Positions 36,786 through 48,350 of a stretch of 64,000 nt of DNA are shown here, in pieces (within the stretch, counting starts at the first letter, position 1; each line of letters opens with the position of its first letter). The stretch comes from Callorhinchus milii (lineage: Eukaryota): the NCBI RefSeq assembly GCF_018977255.1, contig NW_024704743.1:85996001-86060000 (forward strand), in the 5' to 3' direction. The notes beneath the pieces are model-generated. The model did no database searches and was not told the origin of the DNA. It saw only the letters and a program-made list of their open reading frames with translations. A program made the position numbers and the translations under genes.

Positions 36786-37261
36786 CCTTGTGTAGATTCT
36801 CTACAGAAGATGTTAATGCTGATGGCTGAGAAATTTCTTCAATTTCCATGATAATGAAAGGTTCCATGAATGTGTTGACAAAACGGTTTGGGAGAACTTA
36901 CAAAGGTGCTGGATTTGACACATATGGGGATAAGCCAGCCTGTAATTTTTCCAGAAGCTGTTGTGTGGGCACTGTGAGGGGGCTCACAAACAATTTCTGC
37001 CCAAGGGAGAGAAAGATTTCAAACAGGAGAACTAAAGGAGGTTGATGTTGCTATATAAGAACAAAAGTTCAGTGGACTGCAAATCTTAATCTAAGTCCGG
37101 AACCATTTCACTGAAAGGTAAATATGAACCCTATGGAGAACTTTTCAGCTTTTTATTGTATATTGTGATGTTAGTACTGCTCTTTGTTGTGTTTTATATT
37201 GTGAGTTTAAATAAAGATAGGAATTGCTTTTGCCCATATATAGCTCGTCTGTGTAATAGTA

Positions 37262-37720
37262 TAAGAAACATAGGAAGATAGAAACAGGAGTACGCCATTC
37301 AGATCCTCAAGCCTGTTTCACCATTCTATTAGTTCATAGCTTATCTGTACCTCAACTCCAATTACCTTCCTTTTCTCCTTATCTCTTGATACCCTTACCT
37401 AACAAATATCTAGCGATCTCAGACTTGAAAATTACAATTGATACAGCATCTACAGTCTTTTGGGGCAGAGGATTCCAGATTTCCACTACCCTTTGTGTGA
37501 AAAAATGCCTCCTGGTTTCATTTCTTTACTGTACTAGCTCTAATTTTAAGATTATGCCCCGTTGTACTTCATTCCATCGCCAGAAGAAATAGTTTCTCTG
37601 TTTCTATATCATTGATTCCCTTTATCAGTTTAAACACCTCGATCAGATCACCTTCACCCTCACCATTCTGAACTCCAGGGAATACAAACCATATTTATAC
37701 AACCTATCCTCATAATCTCT
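37262..37720 (-). mobile_element. CR1 LINE 3' end
   Basis: YEDRLYKYGLYSLEFR, a CR1 3' UTR and an aagaaacatag tail. Confidence 0.82.
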
Positions 37721-38034
37721 TTTCGAATACTGCCACAGTATCTTTAATGTCCACTTGAACAGGAAGGTTGGACCTTGGTTTAGTATCTCAAATGAAGGAC
37801 AGCACCTCTGACAATGCAATGCTGCCCCAGCAGTGCATTGGCGTGCCATATTAGACATTGTATGTTCAAGCATTTTTTATTGAAAACTTATGACCTTTAA
37901 CATGGGACATAAATACACCAATATTTGTATGATAACAGCTCCAGTCCCATGTTTAATTAAAAAAAGGTGTCTGGTCTATTGATGGAAGCTATTACTTTCA
38001 CTGTATTTTCAAGCTGGGTGTCTTCACAACAAGT

Positions 38035-39752
38035 TTGCCAACAATAGAGATGCACCAAGGGGATAAGGACAGGGAAAAATTTAGGGAAATTTTCATGAGT
38101 AGAGAATTGGTGCTAGGGAAACTGTTATCACTAAAAAGTGACAAATCCCCCGGTCCGGATGGCTTGCATCCCAGGGTTTTAAAAGAGGTAGCTTATGAGA
38201 TAGTAGAGGCCTTGTGTCTGATCTTCCAAAATTCCTTGGATTCTGGAACAGTCCCTTTGAATTTGAAGATCGCAAATGTCACACCACTACTTAAAAAAGT
38301 GGAAAGGAAAAGATGGGGATCTATAGGCCAGTTAGTCTCACATCAGTGATAGGAAAAAAATTAGAATTATTGATTAAGGATGTGGTAGTGTGGTATTTAG
38401 AGGAGCACAATATAATTAGGCCAAGTCAACATGGCTTTACAAAAGCGAAGTCATGTTTGACAAATCTCATGGAGTTTTTTGAGGGCATTTCCAGTAAACT
38501 AGATAAGGGTGAATCAGTGGATGTGGTCTATTTGGACTTCCAGAAGGCATTCGATAAGGTGCCGCATAAAAGGTTAAAAGGTAAAAGACTAAAAGGTTAG
38601 TCCAAAAGATAGGGGCCCATGAAATTGGGGGGAGTATATTAACGTGGATTGGGGAATGGTTAACGGGTAGGAAACAAAGAATAGGGATAAACAGGTCCTT
38701 TTCAGATTGGCGGGATGTGACTAGTGGAGTGCCACAAGCATCAATCCTTGGGCCTCAGCTATTTACCATCTACATCAAAGATCTAGATGAGGACATCGAT
38801 GTTAATATATCTAAATTCGCGGATGACACAAAACTAGGAGGAAGTGTCAACACAGAGGATGACATTAAAAAAATGCAGCGCGACATAGATAGGTTAGGTG
38901 ATTGGGCAGGTAGGTGGCAGATGAAGTATAATGTAGGGAAGTGCGAAATCATCCACCTAGGTAGCAAAAACAGCAGAGCAAGTTATTTTTTAGAAGGGGA
39001 GAGATTGGAATGTGTTAGCGTCCAGAGGGACGTGGGTGTCCTTGTACACCAATCACAGAAAGTTAGTCTGCAGGTGCAGCAGCAATTAGGAAGGCGAACG
39101 GTATGTTAGCATTCATTATGAAAGGATTAGAGTATAAGAGTAGGGAAGTCTTGCTGCAACTGTATAGGGCCCTGGTGAGACCACACCTGGAATATTGTGT
39201 GCAGTTTTGGTCTCCTTATTTAAGGAAGGATGTACTTTCCTTGGAGGGGGTGCAGTGTAGATTTACTATGTTAGTACCAGGGATGAAGGGGATGAGTTAC
39301 GAGGATAGGCTGATCAATTTGGGCCTATATTCTCTAGAATAAAGAAGAATTAGAGTGGATCTTATAGAAACCTATAAGATCATCAAAGTGCATGATAGAG
39401 TAGATAGTGGGAGATTGTTTCCCCTGGTTGGAGAAACTAAAACCAGGGGTCACAACCTTAAAATCAGAGGCCAGCCCTTTCGCACTGAGTTGAGGAAGAA
39501 CTTCTTCATTCAAATGGTGGTAAATGTATGGAACTCATTACCCCAAAGGGCTGTTGATGCTCAATCCTTGAACATATTCAAGACTGAGATAGATAGATTT
39601 CTTATTGCAAAAGAGATTAAGGGTTATGGGAATAAGGCAGGGTTAGGTTATTAGCTGGAGTTAGATTAGAAGATCAGTCATGATTGAATGGTGGGGCCGG
39701 CTCGAAGGGCCAAATGGCTTACTCCTGCTCCTACATGTTATGTTATGTGATG
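38035..39752 (+). mobile_element. CR1 LINE, 5'-truncated, with frameshifted ORF2 RT
   Basis: KSPGPDGLHPRVLKE, YRPVSLTS, QHGF, LDFQKAFD, FADD and HLEYCVQFWSP, followed by a (TATGT)n tail. Confidence 0.96.
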
Positions 39753-40559
39753 TAATATAAGATTTGGAATTCGTGAAGCCTCCTTGTTATTGAAAGAATT
39801 ACTGAAAGGTTGAAATTTGATATAACCCCACTTTTCTTAAAGAAGGATTAATCGTCAACATCATTGATATCATCATCGAAGAGATATTTTACTTGAAAGA
39901 ACGTTTTAACAATATTAGATTCCCCTTACCTCCCCATTGAACTTCAATATTTTCATAACCTTTAATTTAGAACAGGTTTGTCAGCATATCCCTTTATGGT
40001 AATTTTCTTGTTTCAAAATCCCATCGCATGCACCAGATGTAATCACTTCCATCATCCTCCCACCAAAGCACTAATAAGTCTTTAGCATTTAAGCTGTACT
40101 AAAGAACACATTTTGTACCCCACAGTGACAACAGCTCCTGTTATCACATTTCCACACCTCCGCTTCCCTTGTTCTTCATACAATATTATCTGTGATCCAT
40201 CTGTTCACATGCTCTCACCATCTTTTTTATTCATGCTTTACATGCTTTTCTGGATTCTTTCCCCTGAAGATGTCTCAGGCATAAGTATAACACTCTAACT
40301 TTAAGCAAACAGCACTGAGTTTTCAATAAAAATTGCTCACCTAATCTTTTATTCCTTGATGAATAGAAATGATGCCCTTGTCCACTGTCCTCCTCTGAGT
40401 CAGTAGAAGAGATGTGAATCAAATCGTGCATCAAGACCTTTTTTTCCAGCATGTCCATCTTTCTGATCATATTGTTAATCCTGTTGTACCATTATTCTTG
40501 TTATCTAACTTTGAAGTAGAGATGGAAGCACTAGTGATAGTTAATAATAATGATCATTG

Positions 40560-40900
40560 TATTTGTTACATCACTTTTCATGACATGATGTCTCGAAGCG
40601 CTTCCCCAGATTTACTGTGAGGTATAGTGACTATAGGTGAACAAGGTAGCTGATTATCCCACAAACAGCCATGAAATGAGATATCATTTTTATTTGGTAG
40701 ATTCCCTTCTCCTTTTCAACAGTGCTGCGGATCTTTATTGTGCACTTGAACGGGCAGACAGGACCTTAGTTTGATGTAACAGCTGAAGGAAGGAACTTCC
40801 ATCGCCCCACAGCACAGCAATGGATTGTCAGCTTAGTCTATATGAGTTCAAGTCCTGATGTGGAGCTTTTTCCTGACTCAGAGGCAAGAGTGCTATTAAT
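40560..40900 (-). mobile_element. Old DeuSINE-like element, degraded
   Basis: cccacaaacagcc, cacttgaacgggcagacagg and the head ctgactcagaggcaagagtgcta. Confidence 0.65.
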
Positions 40901-41494
40901 CCAGTGGCCATCCAAACCCTCCAAAGCATGGGCTGAATGAGGCATTTTTTATATTTGGTATCCGGATATCTAGGACACAGGGAAACCCATCGCCAAGCTT
41001 ATGCCTACAAAATGCACTCTTACTACTCTTAAGAGTAAATTCTGTGAAGCACTTTGAGATGTCCCCCAAACAGATAAGATACAGTTTGGTTGAGTAACCA
41101 AAGCAAACTGCAGGAATGGGGAGTTACACATTTTGTGCCCATGGACATTTCCTATTGTGTGAAATTGGAGGGGGTTCTCTGTCTCTCTCTTTCAGTGCCT
41201 TGGAACGTCCTTCCGACATGAAAGGCGCAATGCAAATGTAATTTGTTTTTATTTTTCCTGGAGTTGGAGGAGAACTCCTGAGCATCTTCTCTCTCTCTCT
41301 CTCTCCCTTTGTACATGTCTGTGATTGACAGCATAAGGTGGGATGGGGAAGAGCTATTTGCTGGACAGCCTGCTCTGATTGGTGGCTACATGATTGACAG
41401 TGATAGGAGTCAGTGGAGGGGTGAAGAGGTGTGGCCAGAAAGTCAACCAAACATTAGCCCAAAAGTAACCCAATATTACGCGTTGCATCTTACA

Positions 41495-41762
41495 TAATAA
41501 TAATCCTTGCATTTGATATAGCGCCACATCACGTCTTCAAGACGTTCTCGAAATGCTTCACAGAATTTACTGTAAAGTGAATTGACTGTATATTTTGGAG
41601 GCGAAATGCGGCAGCCAATTGCGCACAGCAGTGTCCCACAAAAGCCATGGATTGAAGTGACCAATTTATTCTTATTATTTTCTTTTTTGAAGGAATTATT
41701 ACCACTGGAAAAGGAATCTGACAATCAACTAACAGCCAAGTTCCTACTTACTGCTAGGTAAA
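41495..41762 (-). mobile_element. SINE, long subfamily, 5'-truncated
   Basis: Tail, body and ttcctacttactgctaggtaaa. Confidence 0.87.
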
Positions 41763-42079
41763 TCTGGCTGGACCTTATCAAATCTTAGCGCTCTGCCCTT
41801 GCCGCTGCTGAATTGAGTTCTACTCTAAGACAATCTTGGAGGCCAAGGACAACCCAATGCTCCTCTTCTCTATCACCAAGTAGCACCACTGCCCACCCTC
41901 TCACACCTCCCCCATCCTGTCCTCCAATACCAACTGCGAGGTGATGCTAGACTTCCTCGAAACCCAAGTTGAGGGGATCCGCTCAGGGGCCTCTACCCTT
42001 CTGTCTACTACGCCCTCCCTATCTTTCCAACACATCCCGGCCCCGACCCACCCTCACTCCACACATAAGAACATAAGCA

Positions 42080-44300
42080 TTGTCTACTCTATCAAGCCCC
42101 ATAAGAATCTTATAGGTTTCTATAAGATCACCTCTCATTCTCATTCATAAATTGCTCAACCAATCCTCATAACTCATTCCCCTCATCCCTGGTACCAGCC
42201 TGGTGAATCTACGTTGTACCCCCTCCAAGGCGAGTACATCCTTTCTTACATAAAGAGACCAAAACTGCACACAATACTCTAGGTGCGATCTCACCAAGGC
42301 CCTATACAGTTGTAGCAAGGCTTCCCTACTCTTACATTCTAACACTGTTGTAAGAAATGCCAACATCCCATTAGCCTTCCTAATTGCTTGCTGTACAAGC
42401 AAACTTTTTGTGACTGGTGTACAAGGACACCCAAGTCCCTCTGAACGCTAACACTATCTAGTCTCTCCCCTTCTAAAAAATAATCTGCTCTACTGTTTTT
42501 GCCACCTAGGTGGATGACCTCACACTTCCCTACATTATACTTCATCTGCCACCTATTTACCCACTCACCTAGCCTATCTATATCTTGTTGCATTTTTTTA
42601 ATGTCATCCTCGGTGTTTACTCTCCCTCCTAGTTTAGTGTCATCCGTGAATTTGGATATATTAAGTTTGATGTCCTCATCTAGATCATTGATGTAGATTG
42701 TAAATAGTTGAGGCCCAAGCACTGATCCTTGTAGCACTCCACTAGTCACATCTCGCCAATCTGAGAAGGACCCGTTTATCCCTACTCTTTGTTTTCTTCC
42801 CGTTAGCCATTTTTCAATCCATGCTAATATATTCCCCTTAATTCCATGGGCCCTAATCTTGTGGATCAACCTTTTATGCGGCACCTTATTGAATGCCTTT
42901 TGGAAATCTAAATACACTACATCCACTGATTCCCCCCTATCTAATCTACTTGATATGTCCTCAAAAAAATCTAAAAGATTAGTTAAGCATGACTTCCCTT
43001 TTGTGAAGCCATGTTGACTCTGCCTAATCTTGTTATGGTCTTCCAGGAATCCCATAACGACATCTTTAATTAAGGACTGAAGAATTTTCCCTACCACCGA
43101 TGTCAGACTAACTGGTCTATAGTTCCCCATCTTTTCTCTCCCACCCTTCTTAAAGAGTGGTGTTACGTTTGCGATCTTCCAATCAATGGGAACCATTCCA
43201 GAATCCAAAGAATTTTGGAAGATCAGACACAAGGCCTCCACTATCTCATGAGCTACCTCTTTTAAAACCCTAGGATGCAAACCATCAGGTTCAGGGGACT
43301 TGTCACTTTTTAATGCCAACAATTTCCCTAGCACCAATTCTTTGCTAATGTTAATCTCCCAAAGTTGCTCCCTATCATTAGCCCTTTGGTTCATCTCTAT
43401 TTCTGGTAAACTTCGTGTGCCTTCTAACATGAAGTCAGAAGCAAAGTATTTACTTAGGGACTCTGCCATATCCTGATCCCCCATTATAATTCCTCCTGTC
43501 TCTATAATAATAATCCTTGCATTTGATATAGCGCTTTTCACGTCGGGAGGACGTCCCAAAGCGCTTCACAGAATATACTGTAAAGTGAAGTGACTGTATA
43601 TTTGTGGGCGAACGCGGCAGCCAATTGCGCACAGCAATGTCCCACAAACAGTCGTAGATTGAAAATGACCAATTTATTATTGTTTTTGGTTTTGGAGGGA
43701 TTATTATTAGGCGTTTGGAGTAAGGAAACTTGCCAAAGGTTTCGCCCTGCCTGGAATTGAACTCAGGTCTCTCGCTTGCAAAGCGAGTGCTCTAACCACT
43801 GAGCTACAGGACTCCACGCCTGTAATGGACCCACATTTACTTTTGCTAGCCTATTCCTCTTAATGTATTTATAAAGACTCTTACAATCTGTCTTAATGTT
43901 CCTAACTAAATTCCCCTCATAATCCATTTTCTCACTCTTAATGAGCTTTTTGGTTTTCCTTTGTTGGTACATAAAGCACTCCCAGTCCTCAGGTTTGCTA
44001 CTCTTTTTGGCAGTTTTGTAGGCCTTTTCTTTTAGTTTTATACTTTCTCTAACTTCTCTAGTTAGCCACGGGTGAACTGCTTTCCCTGTGGCACTCTTAT
44101 TCCTCAAGGGAATATGTAACCTCTGAGAATTTTGCACTACATCGTTAAACGTTTGCCACTGTCATATCCATTAATCTAATTTCCCAGTCTATTTTAGCTA
44201 ATTCTTCCTTCATATCTGCAAAGTTAGTTTTATTTAAATTCAAGACCCTTGCTTCGGATTTGACTACATCGCTCTCTAACTTAATACTAAATTCTAAATT
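42080..44300 (-). mobile_element. CR1 LINE ORF2 remnant with a largely open RT domain, split by a SINE
   Basis: ORF 42339-43559 contains WKIANVTPLFKKG, NYRPVSLTS, LDFQKAF, LQGS and FTDD. Upstream ORF2 sequence (PWLTREV...) lies at 43817-44137. Confidence 0.95.
43504..43816 (-). mobile_element. Full-length young SINE nested in CR1
   Basis: Head GGAGTCCTGTAGCTCAGTGGTTAGAGCACTCGCTTTGCAAGCGAGAGACCTGAGTTCAATTCC and a complete tail. Confidence 0.93.
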
Positions 44301-44319
44301 CTATTGTGTATACACCTTT

Positions 44320-45110
44320 GAATCTGACTCCCACTTCTCTCTCACCACCAGTATAACCCACATGAATCCGACTACCTGCTCCCTCTACTCCATCCCTACC
44401 CCTCTACTTACCTCCCAGCTCCACCTCCTTGCCCCTCTACTCACAGACATCATAAACCTCTCCCTGTTTACTGGTACCATTCCCACCCCTTTAACAATGT
44501 CTGTTATCACTCCTATCCTTAAAAAACCCTACCTGGATCCATCTCTGCTCTTAAACTGCCACCCCATCTCCAACCTCCCTTTCCTTTCCAAGGTCCAAGA
44601 ACAAATCATTGCCTCCCAGCTTCGCTCCTTCATCTCCCACCATTCCCTTCACAAACCCCTCTAATCGGGTTTCTGTACCACTCAGAGTACAGAAACAGCT
44701 TTGGTCAAAGTGACAAATGACATTTTGTCCATCTGTGACCAGGGTTCCCACTGCCTTCTCATCCTACTTGACCTCTCTGCTGCCTTCGATACCATTGACC
44801 ACTCTATCCTCCTCCACCGCCTCTCTTTCTCACCTCAACCTTCATGGTCCTGTCCTTGAATGGTTCAGAAACTGTCTCTCACACTGTCTCCACTTAATCT
44901 CTATAAATGGTTTCTCATCTAGCCCCCGCACCATTTCATTCGGCATTCCTCAGGGTTCTGTCACTGTCCTCTGTCCCCTCCTCGTCAATATCTATATGCT
45001 CCTTCTTGGTGACATCATCCGCAGACATGCCCGCTTCCTCCGCTCAGCAGGCTCAGGCCTGCTTTACATATCCCGCCTCACCCATCCCACCATTGTTGTT
45101 GTTGTTGTAA
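44320..45110 (+). mobile_element. L2 LINE fragment with an internal deletion
   Basis: [27 protein letters not shown] and IPQGS. The sequence jumps to near-3' L2 sequence at about 45028. Confidence 0.88.
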
Positions 45111-45374
45111 ACAGGTGTGTGGAGTAAGGAAATCTGCCCAACATTTCACCCTACTGGAAATCTATGGGTAACATAGTGGCCAATTTAGGTTAATGCTATT
45201 GAAACTGTATAAGAAATGGTCTTCAACAACAACAGCAGCAACAACAAAATTACATTAGTAAAGCGCCTTTCATGTCAGGAGGATGTCCCAAGGCGCTGGA
45301 CAGATAGAGTTACGGACATGATCTGAGGGTCGGGGTGTGGGAGTGGGGAGGGCAGGGGAGGAAGCAGGGAGATC

Positions 45375-46895
45375 AACAACAACAACAACAACAAGATTGC
45401 ATTTATAGAGTGCCTTTCACGTCGGGAGGACGTCCCAAGGCGCTGGACAGTTGGGTCGGGACCCGAGCAGGCGGGAAATGGTCAGGGTGAGGGGAGGGAA
45501 GGGAGGGAGGGAGCGAGGAGGGGTAAAGAGTCGAGAGGGAAGCTGAAGGCATGGTTGAAGAGAAAGCATGGTCAAAGAGGAGGGTCTTGAGGTGCGCCTT
45601 GAAGATGGTGAAGGAGGGGGCGAGATGGAGGGACTGTAGGATGGAGTTCCAGAGGGTGGGTGCAGAGTGGCGGAAGGCCCGCCCGCTGATAGTGGGGCGA
45701 GAAAGGCGAGGTACATGAAGCAGGCTGGAGCCCGCTGAGCGGAGGGAGCGAACAGGATGGTAGGGGGTTAGGAGGTCAGAGAGAATGGGGGGAGGCTTTC
45801 AAGATGAGGACCAGGATCTTGAACTGTACCCTCTGTGTGATGGGAAGCCAGTGGAGTTGGGCAAGGATGGGGATGATAGGGTCGCGGAGCCTAGTGCGGG
45901 AGAGGACATGAGCTGCAGAGATCTGGATGATCTGCAGCCTGTGGAGGGAGAACTTGGGGAGGCCGACAAGCAGCGAGTTTGTATAGTTAAGCCTCGATGT
46001 AATGAAGACTGTATGAGGGTTTCGGCGGCCTGCAGTGTGAGACAGTGTCGGAGCCCGGCGATGTTGAGGAGGTGGGGGAATGCAGAGCAGGTCGTGGCGC
46101 AGATGAGGGAAGGATAGTTGAGGGTCAAACAAGACCCCAGGGTTCCGGACTGGCTCAGTAAGGTGGAGTGTGCAACCATGGATGGTGATGCTGTCAGCGC
46201 CTGAGGTGAGGAGGCGCTGGCGGGAGCCAATCAGGAGAGCCTCGTTCTTGTTGACATTCAACTGAAGAAAGTTAGCTCTCATCCAGGACTTGATGTCTGA
46301 CAGACATTCTGTCAGCACAGCAGTGGTCCTGGAGTCAGTCAAGGGTAGAGGCAGAGAGGCAGAGTTGGATGTCATCCGCATATATGTGGAAGTTGACCTC
46401 ATGTCTGTGGATGATGTCACCAAGAGAAAGCATATAAATGTTGAAGAGGAGGGGACCAAGGACAAGCCCTGAAGAACGCTGCACGAGATGTTCCGGGGGC
46501 TAGAGAAGAAGCCGTTTGAGGAGATGAAGTGGAGGCCGTGTGAGAGGTACGATCTGAACCAATCAAGAACAGCGCCGTAGAGGTTGAGGTGAGAGGAGAG
46601 GCGGTGGATGAGGATAGAGTGGTTGACAAGCAGGGAGGTCAAGGAGGACGAGGAGGCAGAGGGTGCCCTGGTCGCAGATGGACAGAATGTCATTTGTCAG
46701 TTCGACTAGGGTGGTTTCTGTGCTGTGGATGGCACGGAAACTCGGTTGGAGGGGTTTGAGAAGGGAGTGGCAAGAGAGGAAGGAGTGAAGCTGAGAAGCA
46801 ACGACTCGTTCCAGGACCATGGAGAGGAAGAGAAGGTTGAAATGGGGTGGTAGTTAGGGAGTAGAGAAGGGTCCAGGGAGGGTTTCAAAGGGGGA
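45375..46895 (-). mobile_element. L2 LINE, 5'-truncated
   Basis: HSTETTLV, FLQLNVNKNE and LHWLPITQRVQFKI. Tail stem-loop and (GTT)n. A second L2 tail lies at about 45224-45370. Confidence 0.92.
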
Positions 46896-47134
46896 CGGGA
46901 AACATTTTTAAATAAATCCAAAGGTTTAAATAATTTTTTTTAAAAATTAGGCACCTGTCCAATACTGGTGTTCTGGGGTTTATCATCAAAAATTAACAAT
47001 AATTTGGTCTCTCAATCCACTTCTGTTTGTGGAACACTACTGTATGCAATTAGCTGCCCCGTTTTGCCCACAAAATATTTTTTTAAGCGCTTTGAGACGT
47101 CTTGACAACGTGATAAAATGTTATATACCACACG

Positions 47135-47550
47135 AGGAGCATTTCTGATGTACATTTCTGATCACCACAGTACAAAAAGGATATTGGAAAAATCGAGAAG
47201 ATACTGAGGAGGGCAACCAAAATGATTGAGGGAATGGAAGTATTGGACTATGAGTAGCGACTAAGTAAATTGGACATGTTCATCTGGAAAAGAGAAGTTT
47301 GAGAGACGACATGATTGCTGTCTTTAATATTCTAAAGGGGCTAAGCAACTTGTCCAGAATAGTAAAATAGTACAACGATTGAAGTGGGGGGGTGAGGGTG
47401 TGAGGGGGACATTCAGAACAAATCTACGCAAACACTATTTCAGTGAGCAAATCATGAACCTATGGAACAGGCTCCCTAGGGAGATGGTTGAAGCAGGAAG
47501 TGTTGATTCTTTCAAACACAGATTAGATAGTTTTCTTTTAGGAAATAACA
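47135..47550 (+). mobile_element. CR1 LINE 3' fragment
   Basis: RRATKMI-like sequence and RKHYFSEQIMNLWNRLP...FKHRLD. Confidence 0.82.
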
Positions 47551-47551
47551 T

Positions 47552-47880
47552 TAATAATAATAATAATAATAATCCTTGCATTTGATATTGCGCTTTTCAC
47601 GTCGGGAGGACGTCCCAAAGCGCTTCACAGAACACACTGTAAAGTGAATTGACTGTATATTTGTGGGCGAACGCGGCAGCCAATTGCGCACAGCAATGTC
47701 CCACAAACAGTCGTAGATTGAAAATGACCAATTTATTATTGTTTTTGGTTTTGGAGGTATTATTATTAGGCTCTGTGTGGAGTAAGGAAACTTGCCCAAG
47801 GTTTCGCCCTCTGCCTGGAATTGAACTCAGGTCTCTCACTTGCAAAGCGAGTGCTCTAACCACTGAGCTGCAGGACTCCA
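47552..47880 (-). mobile_element. Full-length young SINE
   Basis: Complete head and tail. It abuts + strand SINE tail fragments at 47881-47990. Confidence 0.93.
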
Positions 47881-48027
47881 CTTTGAGACGTCTAGAAGAC
47901 GTGAAAAGCACTAATATCAAATGCAAGGATTGTTAATATTATTATTATTATCTTCTTATGTCAAATGCAAGGATTATTATATTATTATTATGACCTGGCC
48001 ACATTGGGTGAAGAGTGAGGAAAGGAA

Positions 48028-48168
48028 CTCCGCCCCCTTTGTGTGATTGACGGCGAGGGGAAGCTCCGCCCCCTTTGTGTGATTGACGGCGAGGGGAAGC
48101 TCCGCCCCCTTTGTGTGATTGACGGCGAGGGGAATCTCCGCCCCCTTTGTCTGATTGACGGCGAGGGG
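48028..48168 (+). repeat. Minisatellite, 4 x 36 bp
   Basis: Unit CTCCGCCCCCTTTGTGTGATTGACGGCGAGGGGAAG starts at 48028, 48064, 48100 and 48136, with near-identical copies. Confidence 0.97.
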
Positions 48169-48260
48169 GCGGGGCCTCACCAATGCACACGCGGAATCTG
48201 GCGGCGGGGCACGCGGTGACGTAGTGACGCAGTCAGTGCGCCTGTCTCCCCGCTGCCAAC

Positions 48261-48350
48261 ATGGCGGACTACGACCTGACCATGAAGATCGCCAACTTCC
48301 TGGACCGGCACCTCGTGTTCCCGCTGCTCGAGTTCTTGTCCGTTAAAGAG
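48261..48350 (+). CDS. EIF3E: Eukaryotic translation initiation factor 3 subunit E, coding exon 1
   Basis: ATG in the context CCAACATGG. Translates [30 protein letters not shown], matching the known eIF3e N-terminus, and is followed by donor GTAAAG (phase 0). Confidence 0.98.

Noticed and set aside
39770..40560. Unassigned region with a minus-strand ORF (SSTDSEEDSG)
   Set aside because: No recognisable homology or convincing splice structure.
43745..43816. tRNA-Ala(TGC)-like sequence, here and at the other SINE heads
   Set aside because: There is no proper acceptor stem and it is always fused to the SINE body, so these are SINE heads rather than tRNA genes.
44320..46895. Convergent L2 pair as a functional inverted repeat
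   Set aside because: The copies are divergent and such an arrangement is expected by chance at this L2 density.
47551..47926. Recurrent ORFs such as WDIAVRNWLPRSPTNIQSIHF
   Set aside because: These are chance translations of the repeated non-coding SINE, often starting from non-ATG codons.
1..48000. Exons of a neighbouring gene (EMC2 expected from vertebrate synteny)
   Set aside because: No matching peptide was recognised on either strand, although short exons could have been missed.
48028..48168. CRISPR-like 36-bp repeats and the RRQSHKGGGASP repeat ORF
   Set aside because: The units are head-to-tail with no spacers, the context is eukaryotic, and the ORFs simply reflect a unit length divisible by 3.
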